NCBI GenBank assembly: GCA_965178125.1
Contig: OZ237736.1
Coordinates: 620,001 to 684,000, forward strand
Origin: Bilabrum cf. latius
Taxonomy: Eukaryota
DNA length: 64,000 bases
Reading direction: 5' to 3'
Below are positions 50,162-62,310 of this stretch, in pieces. Within the stretch, counting starts at the first letter, position 1. Every line of letters begins with the position of its first letter. The notes beneath the pieces are model-generated. The model had not been told where the DNA came from. It made no database searches and worked only from the letters and a program-made list of their open reading frames with translations. The translations under genes and the position numbers were made by a program.

Positions 50162-53100
50162 ATGCAGCAGCGCCGCAAGGATACAAAAGGGAGGTCGAGG
50201 ACGGCTACCGAGAACGCAGAAACGCAGGGTCATGCGACGCGCTCGCGTTCAACACGGCGCCAGCAGCCCCAAGGAGTGACTGGAGCCTCATGGAGAGATC
50301 TTGCTCGATTACAGGGGGCGGCGCAGCCTGTTGGCAATGGGAGTCGAGTACCAGCGGGGCCTAAGTTGCGCACAGGTGGCAGCCAAGGCAGAACTCGACG
50401 AAGTGGCGAGAAGCGCAAGAGTTCGCGCGGACCTGATAAGCCAGAATCATTGGCTAGTACGCGAAAAGAAACGCATCCCTCCCGTGATCTGTCGGTTTCA
50501 AGCAGGGGCCGTACGGACCGAAGCACAGATGGAGCAAACAAGCGGCGGCAACGCCCGCTGCAGAAGCACGTAAAAAGCCGTGAAGCGCCTGAGTCTGCAG
50601 CTTCTGATAACTAGCATCAATCCACACTTGTTCCTTCGAGCGAGTCGTCGCCACAAAGGATTCCAGACGGAGCATTCGGTTCTATTGGTGGCGAGGCGAT
50701 TGGTGCTGACGATCTCGAGAGCTCTCCCATCGGTGGCCGGGGCAGCTCGATGACGCAAGGACTACCTAGCAACCTGTTTCCTTTCCGCATGCAGAGTGGG
50801 AGCGAAGCAGGCTCACTGGCCGCCGCCGCCTCCGGCCTAGTCTCCCTGCAGAGCGGGAGGGCGCCCGCTCCCTTGTTCAGCGTGGGGGGGCTGCAGGCAG
50901 CCGGCCCAGGATCGGCCCAGACCGACAGCACAGTGGTCCCGGAGATCATCAGCTCGAAAGAACTGGTTTTCTCATCAACCGAAAGTCCAGCTGCTGCAGA
51001 TGGCAGCGAGCTGAACCAACCAGTCTCCTCGTCTGCTGCTGACGCGCAAGCTCCGGAGGACCTGTTCTTTTTTGGCGCCCCTCAGGTGACGGCAGGTGTT
51101 GGTGGCGCACAAACTGAAACTAGGCACCCTGCTAGCGCTCCTGCTTAGGCATAGGCATCTATTCCCGATGCCTCGCAGGAAGTAGCCAAGCCCCTTGCCG
51201 ACCCGCATGTGTCTGGGCAGGCAGCAGGGGGCGTGTCCGGAGGGGGCCGGGCTACCAAGAAGACCGACTTGACCCTGTCTGCAGACGTATCGCTGGCTGT
51301 GTCTTCCACTGTTGGCTCTCGACCGACCTCGCCGAACGATGAAGTTCCCACGGCAGGGGGTCAGAGCTAGGACGCACCAGAAGAGGGAGAGGCTCAGAGT
51401 ACAGGGGCATCAGACGACCTGCCCAAGCCACGGAGGGCGGCGAGAGCCGAGCACGGCCCCGTGTGCGTGCGATAGGCCTTCACCAGAGAACAATTGGAGT
51501 CGGCCATCTTCGAGGGATACGCCGATGGGATCGTGGTAGCGGGTGCGAGCGGTCAGGGCAACGAGACCGCTAGCCCAGCTCCCGTCGCAGTGGAGCCCGG
51601 TACGTACGCCGAAGTTGACGTGCTGGCGCCTGCCCTGCATGCCATTCGTAGGGAAGCAGCTAGAACTGCGGCGTTGGAGGCGCAAGCAGCCGCACAAGCT
51701 GGCAAGAAAAAGAAGGGAGCCAGGGGCGCATCTGGCACCAAGGATGGCATCAAGGGCAAGAAGCACGTGCGACCACGGAGCGTCCCTGTCGCTGAGCTCG
51801 CTGCGCTCGTGCCTCTGGCAATCGAGGAAGCTGCAATGAAGGGTAGCCAGAAGCAGGGCAACGCTTCGGGAACTTTAGTTCGCCGCAGCGAGATTGATCC
51901 TAGCGCGCTGCTATCGGGCGATGGTGCAAGGGAAGCAGCTAGCGGGGCAGGCGCCTCCAGCGGCTCTCGCCGCACAGTCCAGGACTCGCTTCCGGAGGTA
52001 GAGAGACGACTTGCTGAAATCGCCTTTCAAGGCAAGGTGCGCGACGGCTTGGTCAGCCCCGCTGCTGTTGCACGCAAGCTGGACGCGATCGTGGAGAACC
52101 AGGAGGTACTGGCCAGCCAGAACCGGCTGCTGAGCTCGGTGCCACCCACTGAATCGACCGATGATGCGGCCAAAATGGTATCTGGGCAAGCGTCAGCAAT
52201 CGAGACGCTTGTTGATGCTATGCTGGGGCCTGGAGGCGCTTTGCAGCAAGGAGACGTGTGCGTGCTGCGTGGTGGCGCGGCATCAACGTTGGAGTCCGTC
52301 GTCGATATCAATGCCGCAGGTATGGACGGGGACGACGGAGGCTCCCTGCTAGAAAGCAAGGCATCGGACGACGCTGACGCGGAGACGGAGTCAAGCAGCG
52401 AAGACGAGCGCAAGAGCTCCGACGATGCCGCGAGCGCCGGCCAGCGTCGGCGCCCCGTCCTGGCTAGCCTTCTCGTCCGAGTCTCAAAGACCACCGATGG
52501 AGTGGCGCTCCAGACGTCCAAGGCAGGCGATACCACTGGTGTCGAGCGACCGGCGGAAACCGACGATGTGGCTCTGTCTCTGTACCAGCAGGCAGCTGCT
52601 GCCATCTCAACGCTCCGCACGGCGCAGAACTCGCAGGGGCAGTGGCATTGCCCGAAACCAGTGAGCGTCAACAGTAGGGCACACGAAATCATCGCAGCGA
52701 GGCCGCCGTCGGCCCCTCCATCCGTGCCTGTAGGTGACTGGACAGTGCAAGACCTGGGCACGCTGCAGGACGCGGTGTCTGCTGCGGCCTATCCGATCGT
52801 GTCTCAAGCCATCAGCAAGGTAGCAACGTTCCGGTCCACATACCTCGGTGCCCTCTCTGCCCACGCCCGAGAGGTGCTCCAGCCAGCGGTTGAGTCCATG
52901 ACGGTTGGCCTCACGTCCCAGCTCGCAACGCTGCAACGACTGCAGGCGGACGTTGTGTCAGGCCGCAGCGCTGGGTCGCCACCTCCCGTGCTCGCAGATC
53001 TCTGGTCTGCCGCCGCCCGATCGGAGACTCCCGTCGGTGATGCGGGGGTGCCTCGTGCAGCCAAGCTAGGAAAGGCCGTTCGCGAGGCTGTGCAGGCTGA

Positions 53101-56100
53101 GCGAGGGACAGCAAAGAGCGAAGATATCGCTTAGGAGGAAAGGGCGGTCGCAGCTTCGTCGGTCGCAGTGATGGCGCTTATCCGCGCATTTGGGACATTT
53201 GCTGTCAGCCTCGCCGGTCAGCTTCAGGCCAAGTGTGCAGCTGCTGGCAACGAAGACGTAGATGTGCCTGCAGATGAGCTGCGCGTGATGGTCCGGACGG
53301 CTTCATCAATGGCGCAAGATCAGCTCTCTATGGCTCTGTGCCGAGTCTCGAGGTGGAGGCAGGCGGTGCTTGGCGTCGCAGCCCAGGCGTCGCGGTTGTC
53401 AGCAGAGACTGGAGTGCGATTGCTGCAGATGGTGGACAGCAACACTGGGTCTGCGTCGAGGGCGTAGCTCCTTGCTCCGTTTGCATGCCAGGGCGGCGTT
53501 CCAGAGGCCAACGAGATCGACCAGCTGTCCAAGAGTGCGCTCTCTGAGTTGGCCGGCAGGGTGGCCGCTGCCGTGACCCCGTCGATGCAGGCGCTCGAGG
53601 ACTCCGCCCGTGCTGCTGGCACTTCCCACGGCTCGATGGGCCGCGACGTTGTGAGCACTGTAAGGACAGGCCTGCGCGCTGCCAAGCTGCTCGCAGGCGA
53701 CGGCGTTGAGAAGAAACTCGGTCACATTGAGACGGTGGCTAGGCAGAACAACCCGAGGGCAGCAGTCGCTGTGGGTCCCTCGGCTGGAATCGGCAGTACC
53801 GCAGCCCTTGCCAAGGCAGCCGCGCTGGCCAGCTGCCCTCCTGACGTGGGAGGTGAGCTGTCACCGCTGGCCTCGTCTGCCGCACGGTCGGATCTGGACA
53901 AGGCAGTAGCTGCCAAGGTTGCGTTAGAGAACAGCGCGCACATGCAGGCAGCACACGTGTGCGCAGGCGTGATTGGTGGACTCGCTGATGACGAGGTGCA
54001 GGTGGCTGGTGCTCTCTCGGGTGACCTTGAGCTGCGCAGGCTGGACAGGACTGGCATGCTGCAGCGACTGCAGGCTGATGCTGCAGCTATTGAAGGACGC
54101 CTCAGCGAGGCCGAGCACAAGCTGCAGGCTGCCAGGACGAGCGGTCCACCACCCGGCCTGGAAAGCCCCGTGCCTGCTCTGCAGTCAGAATGCGAGAAGC
54201 TAGCGAGAGAGAGGCAGGGCCTCGCTGTCAAGATCAGGGCTCTGCAAGAACGGGCTGGTTCAGCACAGGAAGCGGTCCGCGTCGCGGCCCTTGGATCCCC
54301 TGTGCTCGCAGAGGCGGCTGAGCGATGGCGTGGGGCTGCCGCTGCCCTCGAGAGCGCATCGCCGGATGCTGCCCGGGACTTGCTGTTTCGCGTGCAGGGC
54401 GGCAGCGATGCTGCGGATTCGGCGGGTGCGGGTGCAACCGATGAGCAAGGTGGCACTGACAAGGCTCTCATCTAGAGCCGGGCATCTTCACCGCTTCGAC
54501 TTGGGGCAAGTGCTGCGCTGCAGCTGCTCGGTGCATTCGGCGATGCGGTCCAAGCTGGAGTCGCTGCTGACAGCGCGGTGCGCGCGAGCTCCATCCGCAA
54601 TTCCATCGCGCAGCTTGGCCAGTCGGTTCTTGCTGAGTGCAGGGCAATCATTGGTGGAGGTATTTCTAAGATTATCTCGGAGCTTCGTGAGGTGCTGGTC
54701 GAGGACTCGCAGGCAGCAGCAGCCTCGGGCATGTTCCCCGCAGTACCTCGGTCAAGCGAAGAGCTTGAGGCGCTGAGTATTAGCGGGACCTCCACTGGCG
54801 GTGTTGCTGATGCAGACGTGGCGGCATCCTTGCAGCAGGCTGCGCGCGGCTTGCACGCAAGCGTGCAGGGCGCGACAGTGTTCCCTCTCACAGAGCTTGT
54901 TGGCCACGTTGCTTCTGGTATCAGGACGGATGTAGCTCCCATCATCGGGTCGTGCATGCAGGCGCATGTTGCATGCGCACTTGCCGTGATTGGGGCAGTG
55001 CGCAAGCAAGAAATGATGGCTGCTAGCGAGTGCGTCGCACCGCTGGTGCGCCTTCGCCGGGCCATTCAAGAGCAGGTCACGGCCCAGGCACGACAGGTCG
55101 CAGGGTGGGCGGTGGCGTACGGCTGCTTGACGGTGCTGCGCAGGCGGCATTGGCGACTTTACAGGCAGGCCTGGCAAGGCGTGAACCCCGGCATCCCTGC
55201 GAACCCGAACGCAGTGCAGTGGGGCGCGGGTGCGGCTGAAGGGATCATCGGCTCGGCTGTCGCTGTGGTGGACGATGCTGTCATTGCATCGAGGCTTCGA
55301 AGCAGCCTAACTATCGAGGCTCTGCCCGCTGGGAAGTGGGCCGTCCCTCGGCTGCTCGACCCTGCAACGCAGGTTGAGCGGGCCAGCGACCGAGCAAGAG
55401 TAGGTCGCGAGCTGGCCGATGCGCGAGCCAGGGCCATCGTAGCCGAGTAGGAAGCGACATCATTGCGAGCAGACCTTGGTATGGTGCTCGACGAGGTGCG
55501 CGCGTTTGCAGCCAAGGCTAAAGAATCCAGGGCCGAACAGGCAAGGTAGGCCGCTGCCGCCATGTAGGGAGGCATGGCGCGCAAGGTGGAGGCCCTGCGG
55601 TCCTCTATGGCCACCCACGGTGCCAAGGCGGCAGGTGCGGCTGCCGAGCTGATTGGCCAGCTGGGCGGGCTCGAGGGGCAGATCGGCGAGTTCTAGTACA
55701 TTGGCGCGACTTTGCTCGATGGATGGAGTCGCAGAGACACGGCCTCTGACGTATCAAGGAGCGAGGTAGGCCAGCTTGTGCATGCTGCCTTTCAGGAAGC
55801 GCTGCAAGACTCCGAGGCTACGCCGTAGGTGCTGCAGGCGATAGAACGCGCCGCCGTGGCTGCCTGCCAGCGCGTGGATCCAGCTGGGGAGGCACCTTTG
55901 GCGGTATTGGTTGGGCTTCACCTGCGGGCATGCCTGGAAGCACTTGTTGATGTCGCAATCGTCTCGCCCTTGCAGGCGGCGGGCCAATAGCTGGAGACTG
56001 ACGGGCGCAATGTTCAGACCGAGATTGACCAAGGTGACGGGTAGGACGGTGCGGATTTGTCAGACCGTGTGGCGCAACTGCAGGCGACTTTGCAAGCTTC

Positions 56101-57472
56101 TAGAGCGCACCTTATCGCCGCAGCTCGCTCTCCTGATGCTGTGTTAGCAGCAGGTGCGCGAACCTCCCTGCAGATCGCCTCGTAGACTATAGCCGGTGCT
56201 CTGGGGAAGCTGCTGGATCGGGCCAAGGGGCAAGTGGGGCGGGCCAGCGATGCTGCAAAGCAGGCCGCAGGTGCCACAAAGTCCCGGTTTGACCACCTTA
56301 CCTCGCTGGCGCAGCGGCACTAGCGGCAGGCCCAGGAAGAGAGGAGCCTCAGGGCCAAAGCCGATTCGTCGATCAAGACCGAGTCGGACAATCAGCAGAG
56401 ACTGAGTGAGGAGCTGGAGGAACAGCGCGCAAGGGCCAATCTTGCGCGGGAAGAGCTAGAGCGCACGCGAGCCGAGCTCGAGGCGAGCCGCCGGAGGCTG
56501 GAGGAGACGGGTGCCGCACTGCGCAACGCCAACGATCGGGGATCCAGCCTGCAGACGCAGCTGGACCAAAAAGAAGCCTTGCTGGAGGCAGTTGGCAGCC
56601 AGTTAGTTGACAAGCGAGCAGGCAAATCGCAGCTGCACTACCCTGGACCAGCAGATGTTCAGGCGAGTCATTCTGGGATGGCAGCCGTCGGTTCCGACGC
56701 TCCTGCCCAGTCCAGGCGCGCACAGTCAGATCCTCACGGCGCGGGGCCATCCTCGGCATCGGATGCCCTTGCATCTAAGCGGGAAACGAGTGGTGACACG
56801 ACCGGAAGCGCGCCTGCCAAGCATTCGTCCGGTGCTGGTGATGATAGCGTGCATGCCTCGGGAGGGCCTACCGATGTCTCTGTTCCTGGTATAGGTCTGC
56901 CTTCCGTAGCTGGTGGCGGCTCCGTACCGGCGGGTTTGCCAGAGCTGGACCAACAAGCTGTGGCGGCTGCCGGCGGAATGGCCGGCAGCTTGCCCACTGT
57001 GGCTCCTACCGCAGGCCCGTGGCAGCAGCAGGGCCCTGCGCCGGGCTTCCCGCCAGGCAGCATGGGCATGCATTCCGGCGGCCATGGACGGTACACTGCT
57101 GCAAGTGGTGGTCCGCCGCCCGGCCTCGGCATGCAGCAAGGAGGGTACCCTCCCCAGATGCAGATGTACCCTCCCGCGGCTGGTGGCCAGCAGGGATGGG
57201 GCCCGCCACCACAGAGAGGTGGGTGGGGCCCGCCGCCTATGGCACAGGGGCCATACCATGGCGGGCCGTAGATGGGTGGTGGTCCGCAGCCCGGCGGGCC
57301 CGGCATGGGCCAGCACTACGGGATGCATGGCCAGATGGGTGCCCCTGTGGGGATGCCTCCGCAGCAGTTCAGCGGCGGGCTGCCCATGCAGTAGCAGCAG
57401 CAGCAGCATTACCATGCGCACGATCCGTCGATGTCGCAGTTTGGCGGTCACTCTGGTGGCGGTGGGTGGTGA
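50162..57472 (+). CDS. Large Ala-rich helical/coiled-coil protein (2,436 aa) with a Gly/Pro/Gln/Met-rich C-terminal tail; function unknown
   Basis: Seven supplied ORFs share one frame and all end in TAG; reading through gives TGA at 57470. Coiled-coil near 56330-56600. TAG lies inside a CAG run at 57392. Confidence 0.75.
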
Positions 57473-57559
57473 CGGCTGGTGACGACTGGAGCAAAGTTTA
57501 GACTTGTGCATGGTGCTAGAGAGGCGGAACGCTAGTAGTCCACCGAATAATCCAGTGAT

Positions 57560-60500
57560 TTAGCATAAAAGTATCTATTTTAAGAATGTCTGTACTTGCA
57601 AAGCAGAAGGAGAACATTTAGATCCTGGATTGTGGCCTCACGTCAAGCATTCCCACTTGATCCTCAAGGGCAAAGGTGACTAAGCCTGGATACATTTTCA
57701 CCTCCATCGCTTTTGCAACCCTCGAACTCCTAGACTTTCAAGCAAAGGCATGAGCTCACCCATAGCCAGCTTGCTGCGCGAACTGTCCCGGTCCCTGAGC
57801 TAGTCTAGCCACAGCACCGTGGCGTGCGTAAGCTTGGGGGCGTACATGCGTGCCCGGACGAACGGGTTCAGCATGACAGATAGTTGGGCATGACTTCTGA
57901 CCAGGGGCACCCTAGACGCTAGCTCCAGGTCAAGCATGGACATAGCTTCAGCGGTCCGATACCGGCTCAACTGCGTGACCCTTTTGAGCCTGGAGGCGTC
58001 AGAGCGAAGCTCCTTGGGACGGGACACCCTCGGCAGCAGGCCGGTGTCCTTCGCCTGGTCCAAATCCTCTCCTCGGATGGACGACTTAGGCCGTGGAATC
58101 CCAGCGGTATAGTTGGCAAACGCGTGCCCCAGCTCAACGAGCCCCAGGCCGTCAAGCACGGGCAAAACATCGACCATCTAGTCAGCAACGCAAGCCATCA
58201 GGAGCTGTGCGGAGCGAGATTCGATGCGAGCACCACTGAGCATCACAGCAACTGCCAGCGCGTCGCCCTCGTCCATCCCTTCGATGGAAGGAGCAGCATC
58301 TGATGGCTTCGATTGCAGCGCCAGCTCACGTACTTGCCGGCAGTATTCCTGGTCGGGCTCCGCGGCCCCCAGGTTCTCGTAAGCTTGCACCAGGCCCGAA
58401 GCGTACAGTCCAGCCAGCTCTCCCGCTTGTGTATCTTCACCATCTATTCCTGTGGGCACCCGCGATGCCAGCGCGTCAGCTAGGGCAGAAATGGCACCCC
58501 TGAATGCAAGCGCAGCCTGTGGACCCGGAGAGCTCTCCAAGCCGGGCAGCAGCATGTGGCGCATGCGTCGCACAGCAGGTGGAATCGGCTCTCCTTGCAT
58601 CGCATCAGCTTCCTATTCCAGCTGGAATCCAGCTGTTTTCGGCTACGAAGGCACATACTCAGCGTACTTGTTTCGGGCCCATGCTTTGTCAGAGGCGTGG
58701 TAGGCTGCCATGGCCCGAGACAACACGAAGAGCGTCCCGGTGGGGAGCAGGTGCATGGGCGTCGTGCGGAGTCGCTTTCGGTCCTTTCGCTTTGTTTCCC
58801 TCGGGTCGGCTCGCCGCTCAACAACTAAGTCCTTGTGAAGCACATTGTCGAAATCTGCGACAGCCTAGACGGGACCAGCCAGCCTGCGAAGCAGCTCTGC
58901 AAGTAGCACGCAGATGTCATCAGCACGCGGCCTTGCATCTTCGCCAAGCGAATCGCTGCCCGTCTCAAGCATGACAAACAGTCCCAGTGCAGCGTCTGCC
59001 AGCTGCCTGGATGTCATTGGGCTGCGTGCATCGGATAGCATGGCTTCGTATTTTTCGAGGACTGCCTCGGCTGACACGGCAGGCGTGTCTGCTCCGCCGT
59101 CGCTTCCATCGCCCTGATCGGTACCATCGACACTAACACTCCCCAGTGCAGTTGAAGTGGTGTGTACCATTCGAGCCCCAGTGGCTGGGAAGCATGAGGC
59201 AGCGGCAGTAGCTGCCTGGGGCACGATGAGGCGCTACCCCTCCGCCACAGTAGGCACTCGCCCCCCCTGCAGCCTGTACCCGATGTACTCGCCGGGCTCC
59301 TCCGACGATAAGCCACTGTGGTAGGCAGCAAACCTCTGACTAGATGCAGCCGCGATGCAGCCTAGGGCAGCCGAAGAGGCGCACGCCAGCTTCGGGAAGA
59401 AGGTGGCGGGACGGAGTCCGTCGGGGCCAAAACCGGGCTGCGAAAGTACTTCGGATGATCCCATCGAGGCCCCATCGGCCGCAACAAAATGCTCGCTGCC
59501 GGTTTCCTAAAATCCTGCAACCGGCAGCATGCTCGCAGCACGGCTGGCCAGGACATGCAGCCGGCGGGTGGAGCGCTCAGCATCGGATGAGCTGATCCAA
59601 AGGTCGGACAGAGCCTCCTCAAACGACTCAGAGAACATACTCGTCCACTCTAGACGCTCCTATCGCCTGTTCATGAACCGAATCGACGGCTTGGCTAAGT
59701 CCTCCACAACCATCCAGTCGACGGAGGAGGACGAGGAGGATGAGGAGGAGTGGTCAGCATGACACAGGCCGCGGAGATGAAGCAAATGGGCACAGGTACG
59801 TGCGACAGCCGGCGTCACCTTGTGTGAATCAGGCTTTGAGTTCGACCCTGGCTTTAGTTGATGCACCGCAGCGCCCGCTAATGAGCGGGTGAGCTCTCCA
59901 GCAAGGTGGTCACGGTTTTGGGACGACAATTTCGATTGCCTTTCCACTACAGCCAAGGCAGTCACGGATCTCGCTGCTGCTGAAAGGTCCACCCATGGCG
60001 ACCCCTTGGAATGACTTGCTGCATCCACGCTCAGCTGTGCCCACATAGCAAGGGTTTCGGAGACGGCTTCGTGCGGTGCCACTGAGGTACCGCCTTGGGC
60101 GCTGCGGACTTCCCGTGGGGCAGAACTAGCCAGTGCCAGTGACAAGAGTCTCGCCATCTCCGAGCCAGCCGCCAAGTCAGCGGAGGTCAAGCTATCACAG
60201 CCAACGTGCGAGCAGAGGGTGCGCAAGGCAGCCATGCCTATCTGCAGGTTGGGGTATCGGTGCTCCCCCCGACCAAGCGCAGTCTGATTCCACAGCGAGC
60301 AAAGCAACGGTGCCGGATCCCGCCGACGAGCCACCCTCCGAAGGAAGGTCCTTGCCTCCTCCACATCAGTGGACACGAGGCTAAGTGCGCAAGACTAGAA
60401 CTCGCCATGCATTCGCTTGGCAGCTGATGAGGCCTTCTCAGGTGACACACTGGCATCTGGATTACCATTGACAGACCTATTGCATGCTTTCCAATATGTT

Positions 60501-62164
60501 TCCCAGTGCTGGCAATCCTGTGACCACGTTGCAAGCGCAGCTGACAGGGGCAGCGTGCCAGGTAATGAGCCACTGTTTCCCTATAAAAGGCTATCCGCAT
60601 CCCTAGCGGCATGCAACGAGGCATTGCTGACGGAGAGCAGCTTGAGTGCGAGTTGCCACACGCCCATTTTCGCATCGAATGCAGCCGAGCATAGCGCCTG
60701 AATGTTGCGGTGCATCGATTCAGGCCCATTCGATGCGTGCATACCAGGGCACAGCGAAAGCGGCACCCCATCGCTGCCAGGGAACACACCAAGCGTTTCC
60801 AGGTCGAGCGTTATTAAGGGATCAGCGGGACCCGTCTCGAGGTCGGTGCTGCCTTCAGCTCGTCCGTCCATCACGTGCACTTCGGAAGGGGTAGTGTGTG
60901 GACCGCCGAGCTGGTCTGGGCATGCAACAGCCTCCTACACCCTGCTGCGATGGCCAAGGGCGGGCCAACACCCGGACAAGAAAGAGGCCGAGCTCAGGTC
61001 CTCGATCCAATCCGAAGCATCGCGCGGTGACAGGTGACTGCAATCTGCAGCAAGCGCACTGCCCATCGCGTCTAAACCTACCTTTGTTCGCTCCACAGAC
61101 TCTACAAGCGAGCGCAATGCAGTTGCTGCCACTGGGCGACTCAAGGCCTCTGGTCCAAGCTCAAGGCATCCCGAGAGCGCGACGGCGACCGACGTACACA
61201 TCTCAGCCCCGCTCGCCAGCATGGCAGGGGAGCAGTCCACCCCAGAGTCGGCCGCCCGCTGCATGTGGTCTGACACCATTTCAACGCACAACGTGACATG
61301 TTCTAGAGAGGACTAGAGCGCGGCATCACCCGGCTCTCGTGAGGTAGAGCCATCCGATTTCGCGGCGGACAATCCAGCCGCTGCCCGAAGCAGGTGCGCT
61401 GCCCCCCTGCGGGCCAATCGCAGCGAGTCCTCCTGGTTCAATTCGTGCCCGTTTCTCTTGATTGCATCCATGCAAACTTGCTCTAAAGGCGAGCCGCCTT
61501 GCACATTAAGCACGTGTAGTGACAGCAGCACGTCCTTGGCCATCTCTGCTTGCTCGGTCGTGTCAATGGGCACAGCGCCGCGGCTTGTGGTAGCGTGCTT
61601 GGCCTGCCATGGACCACTCACGTCCCAGCTGTCGTCCAGGGCATCCATTAGAGGTGGTTCAACGATGCGCACAATGAGCTCGATCGAATCTCTGGCTTCG
61701 GATACAAGCTTGTCTACCTGCGACTTGGTGCCGGCTGTGAGTGCCGCAGCTCGCAATTGCGTCGCTACAATTGCACCCGCCCGACGAATTGCTTCAGTGG
61801 CCTCCTTCCCACGAATAGCAGCAGGATCTGCTAGTAGAACATCTACTATTGCCTGAAGGTCCTCTGCAGCTTGCACGCCAGCATGCAGTGTTTGCTGCGG
61901 GTGCTTGTTGCGATCAAGGCCAACTGCACTCATCATCGGTTCAAAATCAGCGGCCAAAAGAGAGCCTTGCTGGCTCATATCTGCTAAGGATCTAGATTCG
62001 TGCGATGATTGCATCCATGATGGTCTGTTGCCACTACTTGAAAGTGACCGACGATGGCACACAGCTGTAACTCGCCCTGATGCGAGCACAATAGTATCCT
62101 AGGCCAACAATCGTCGACTCAATACTCCTGATAGACGATTAAGCTGGATGTAACACCTCTACAT
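57560..62164 (-). CDS. Large alpha-helical hypothetical protein with a mitochondrial presequence-like N-terminus; 3' exons uncertain
   Basis: Nine supplied ORFs (57800-62089) share one frame and end in TAG. N-terminus M*RCYIQLNRLSGVLSRRLLA*...RRSLSSS. Probable short introns lie near 57590-57760. Confidence 0.6.
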
Positions 62165-62310
62165 CACCCTGGCAGCTGTGCAAGAAGGAAAATATATTCC
62201 GGTGCAACTGGATAATGTAAGGTGGGTTTTAAAGACGCACAAATCCGTATTATGTTGCAGAACACTGGCTGCTGTTCGCGCCCCATTTACCCGACATAAG
62301 CCCATAAATC

